The notes beneath the pieces were generated by a model that worked only from the letters and a program-made list of their open reading frames with translations, had not been told where the DNA came from and did no database searches. A DNA stretch of 63,905 bases, the filler included, from Phoronis australis (Eukaryota; Animalia; Phoronida): NCBI GenBank assembly GCA_002633005.1. It is 7 parts of 7 records of this genome, joined end to end, with 100 filler letters (N's around TTAATTAATTAA, not from the genome) between each part and the next. Parts side by side here need not be neighbours in the genome. Positions count along the whole stretch, not along the records: positions 58,596 to 61,741 come from NMRA01003188.1; positions 61,842 to 63,905 come from NMRA01001273.1; 5 more parts are not named here. One strand, written 5' to 3'. This document shows, in pieces, positions 59,618-63,905 of this stretch; positions within the stretch are counted from its first letter, which is position 1, and each line of letters begins with the position of its first letter. Made by a program: the position numbers and the translations under genes.

Positions 59618-60587
59618 TCATAAAACACATCCAGGAGACAGATTCAGCAGTTCAGGTGTATCAAGATCTGATTCATCTGTGTAGCTCACGACATTGGAGT
59701 TATCTCCCACTATTTCGGTCACTTCCAGGCAGCAATCTGGAGGACCTAAACCTAACTTCGAATTTTCGTAATGACCAGTTTTGCCATGTTTTCCACACTG
59801 AACGCTGACTGGGAAAAAACTCAACGAATCGTGGCTATAGTTCGGTAAATCAACACAGACTTGATGTCCAGACGAACTTGACTCTTCCGATTCTGATAAT
59901 ACACGGTAAAACGATTTTCCAATCCTCAGCTCTGGTGTTGCAAGCGGGCTGTCTTCGAAGTACAGCAGAGATACTGGCGAATCGCTGGTTGACTCTACCA
60001 AGCTGAACCCAGACGGCACTGGTAACAGTTGAACAACAGATGGCTCTGATGTAAATTCCACACTAGGTGGCAGCAGCAGCTGAGAGTCTGGTTCAGGACT
60101 TAGGCCAAGTAGCGGTGACACAAGAATGCCGTGACTGGTGAATTGTTGATTGCAATCTGAACCACATTGTATAGACTGATCACATCGGTGGCTACTGCCA
60201 TTTTCACACTGGAAGGGATGAAGTGCTGGATGTTGGTGTGAGTCTTCCAAATCACCATTCTCACGCAACATGCAATGGTCAGACCAACTTCCATCCGCTT
60301 CACCACCCACGTGGCCAGTCACATCACTATCGCTCTTGGAAACGATGCTTTCCTGTTGCACACGCAACCCGTCTTCTCCATAATGGTCAGAAACTGATCT
60401 CTCATCCTGAAACCGTCTGCCATTCACAAAGTCATCTGACAGATGATGTACGACTGGTCCTAACAGCGACTGGCAGTAATTCCTGCAGATGGTGTTCTCT
60501 TTGACGAAGGATGAAAAGCACCCACCGCCCTCTCTGAGCATCTCTCCAGAAATAATTCGTTCAAGGTTCTTTAGAAAGTCCATCAGC
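59618..60587 (-). CDS. Probable large terminal exon of an unidentified protein
   Basis: Part of a 428-aa stop-free frame; acceptor gtatag|G at 60587 precedes LMDFLKNLERII; short helical/Cys segment then a Ser/Asp/Pro-rich tail; no family recognised. Confidence 0.55.
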
Positions 60588-61841
60588 CTATACGATAACA
60601 ATGTGCAGACGAAGTTCATGAAAAGCTTGCTGCTGCAGTCACGGTACGTTTTTTGCGACCGCGGCGGACTTGAATCATCGTTGCATTCACGACCAGTTGT
60701 CAGGTCCCTACATCCCAGTTTTTGATTCGTATGTGAGTGACGAGACCTAATGGAGATTTCGGGAGTTCTGCCACGGAAAATGACGGCCGAAACGACATAG
60801 GCGTGCAGGACGAGAGAGAAAGAAGAAGCAGATGAAAGAGTATCGACTGAAATGGATGCAGACGTTATGAAAATGAAGAAATGGCCGACGACAATGAGAG
60901 ACATTGATAACCGCGCACCAGCTGAATAAGTTGCTTTGCTGGTATCACGAACAAGTGTTCATTTCATTAACTCAATCAATGTGTTTTTACTGACATTTCG
61001 GATGTTCACACAAGCCCAACTTTGACTAACAGGTGGTGGATGAACAGCGAAGACAGTCATCAAATATCTAAGCAGGGCTAGAAAAATGAACACCCATTCA
61101 TGTTTGATAATGAGAATTGCTAGAGGGTCGTAAAAGCAAATCTTACAACTGCATACGTCATTTCACCCAATGAAAACGTACTCTTCATGTATTTGTTATT
61201 GATAAAAACAAAGTGAAAAACGGTGCTCCCAATAAGTAGTCAAGTAACTTTTGCAATAATCTACATTTCTGCATTCAAACACTGATTGCCTTAATTGGTC
61301 CTTCCACAAAATGCCTCAATTAGAATGTTCAAGATATCAGTCCTTTGTTCAGACTAGTTATCACAAAGCAATATCTTTGAAAATGTAGCCCTGCTGATGA
61401 GAAGTATGCAATGACTTTAATGGGAAACAGTAAAATTCAGGACAATCCTTTTGGAACTTAACTTTCATGGTACCAAGATGGTTTTATCACAATAAACCAT
61501 AGAGTCACTCATCCTAATCCACCTTTGTGTGACTCACAAAGCTCATAATAATCCCATAATAATTCGTCATTTGTGATCAAGAGAGCAGGAAATCCCTTTT
61601 AATGCCACACACTCCATTTACAATAACACAATGGTACACTGGTACATTTAGTAATAAATTTAAAGGCAGTATTCTAGCATGAAGAATTCAATATTCGAGT
61701 GCAGAGGACTGTGAACAGTCTAATGATAAAACTGTGGCCATNNNNNNNNNNNNNNNNNNNNNNNNNNNNNNNNNNNNNNNNNNNNTTAATTAATTAANNN
61801 NNNNNNNNNNNNNNNNNNNNNNNNNNNNNNNNNNNNNNNNN

Positions 61842-63330
61842 ATGCAAGGCCACCATACACAGGCTTTGGCACGCTCGCGACATTTCGTGATACCGAGATG
61901 ACCAACATGGATACGTTGTAAGACATCTAATCTTTCACAGGAAGGAATCACGATGCAATGACCCTTCATAAGCAGTCCATCGACCAAAGTCAACTCGGGC
62001 TGAACATCCCAGTACGGCTTCAAGATACTTTCTTGAGACGACAAATATTTTGGCCAAGACGTTTTGCAAAACGATGCGACCTTCTGACACACCTCATCCA
62101 ATGCTTGTGCATGCTTAATTTCCTCTAGCCTCCTGCTTGTAGCAGGTATAGTTTTGTACCGCTACTTTCGCAAACAGTTCGGTGATTAATTCGAGCACTT
62201 CATCCCGGTCCTCGGAGCTGGGGTTTCTCGACAGCATGTCCGCGATTAAGTTGTCTTTGCTGGGAAGATGCAATACTTCAAAATCAAAACGCATTAGCCT
62301 TAAGCGTAGACTTTGTAACCGGGAGTCAGATTGTTGACATCTTTAGTTGAGAGGATGGGAATCAAGGGTTTATGATCAGTCTCGAGAATCACTTTCAAAA
62401 GTTGTCTTTGCCGGGAAGATGCAATACTTCAAAATCAAAACGCATTAGCCTTAAGCGTAGTCTTTGTAACCGGGAGTCAGATTGTTGACATCTTTAGTTG
62501 AGAGGATGGGAATCAAGGGTTTATGATCAGTCTCGAGAATCACTTTCAACCCCACCATATAGTTCCGGTAACGATCACATGCCCATGTCAGAGCAAGGCA
62601 TTCACGCTCCATACATGTATAATTCGACTCAGTCTGCGAAAGCGATCTCGATGCCGCTGCAACTAAGCGACGCGTACCGTCCGGCTGTACCTGCGAGAGA
62701 GTTGCTCCGAGGCCATGAAGGGTAGCGTCCGCAGTAACGATAGTTTTGAGTGAAACATCGAACTGGGCAAGTACGTGGGGTTTGCTCAATTCTTGTTTGA
62801 CCGATGCAAATGCCTCCGTTTGGGCACAGTCCCAACGCCACACAGAATCTTTGCGCAGCAAAGCGCGCAACGGGGCAGCAAGTTCAGCAACTTAGGGGAA
62901 AAGTTTCCGTACTGATTAATGGCCCCCAGGAAACTTTGAAGTTCCTTGACGTTCTTGGGTTCGGGTATTTTAATAAATACTGTCAATAGCTTTAGGGTCT
63001 GGCCGAATACCCTCAGAGTCAATAATATTCCCCAGAAACTTGACTTCCGTTTGGCGGTAGACGCATTTCTCTGGATTCAGTGTAAGTCCAGAATGTTCGA
63101 TTCGTTTTAGCACTGCAGACAAGCGTATATCGTGTTCTTCCATTGACGCGCCATAAACAAGAATGTCGTCCATATGAACCACTACGCCTGACAACCCCTC
63201 CAACACGGAGGACATTTCGCGGGAAAAAACCTCCGGTGCGCTAGCCAGACCGAAAGGCAAACGGCAATAGCANATATCTACCGAATGGCGAGAGAAAGGT
63301 TGTGAGTTTTTGCGACTCCGGTGCGAGTTC
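61842..63330 (-). mobile_element. Gypsy LTR retrotransposon pol relic (RT, RNase H, integrase HHCC)
   Basis: RLPFGLASAPEVF, HMDDILVYG, VKFLG, ADAT..GLGA, ERECLA, ETDHKPL and H.GHLGITKC...VWWP motifs with frameshifts; 151-bp internal tandem duplication (62250 vs 62401). Confidence 0.92.
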
Positions 63331-63348
63331 AATTTGCCAAAACCCGCT

Positions 63349-63630
63349 ACCCAGTAAACATGCAGGTACTGGGCCAATACTGGCCCTGAAATGTCTTCAG
63401 TTTTGGCCCAATGATGTAGGCCACTACTGGCCCAATAACATTCTGCACACCTTCCCCGTATTGGCCCCGATACAAGATTGCGGTATCGAGCTAGTAAAGG
63501 ACCAGTACCACGCCTTTACTGGGCCAGTACACCAATAACCGGTTTCGGCCCTGTAAAGGGCCAGTATTGACAGACTGTGTTGGCCCAGTACAGGGCCATC
63601 GATGGGCTCATATTAAGCCAGTACACTAGA
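63349..63630. mobile_element. Terminus of a non-autonomous DNA element with a subterminal repeat array (EnSpm/CACTA-like)
   Basis: Begins CCCAGTAAACA, followed by many direct and inverted TACTGGGCC / GGCCCAGTA words. Confidence 0.45.
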
Positions 63631-63905
63631 AGAAAAGACTCTTGTTCTTTAATACTTTTATTACTATGAAACTGCTCAGGTAAAATATTTACAAAAAATA
63701 TGAATTACACAAATAACAACTAAGAAACTAATTATTTTTAACAAAACTGTCTCGGGCTTATTAGTGGACTGGCAGCTTCACACAGTCTTCACCCTCCCTC
63801 CCTGTCTCCAGCGTTTCGGAACATGGTGACTCTTTTACTATAAAGTTTGCATTAGCATTACTGTGCTCCTTGACCACAATCCCTGAAATAAAACAAAAAC
63901 TGCTT

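Overview
Eukaryotic, intron-rich, AT-rich animal DNA, not prokaryotic. It is probably a marine protostome or lophotrochozoan, inferred from a PsGEF-like RhoGEF and the transposon families present. The window is a concatenation of seven assembly pieces joined by artificial 100-nt linkers (N44-TTAATTAATTAA-N44), so neighbourhood across linkers is not reliable. Host genes seen as GT-AG exons: one Rab14 exon, a DH-domain RhoGEF (one exon present twice), an 11-exon PARP2-like gene with two N-terminal WWE-like domains, two ORC4 exons, a possible ShKT exon and an unidentified terminal exon. The rest is mostly mobile DNA: a young APE-RT LINE with intact ORF2 and a perfect 12-bp TSD nested in a Penelope element, two Penelope relics with hammerhead-like motifs, Gypsy, L1/Tx1, CR1, mariner and THAP relics, MITEs, SINE-like heads and minisatellites. 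The most striking item is a Helentron-type non-autonomous element (HINE) present in five copies of different ages. Its internal ~150-bp monomers form a ~451-bp trimer, and in the young copies each monomer carries a co-oriented CTCF-consensus-like motif. All homology calls are from recall of motifs; no searches were run.
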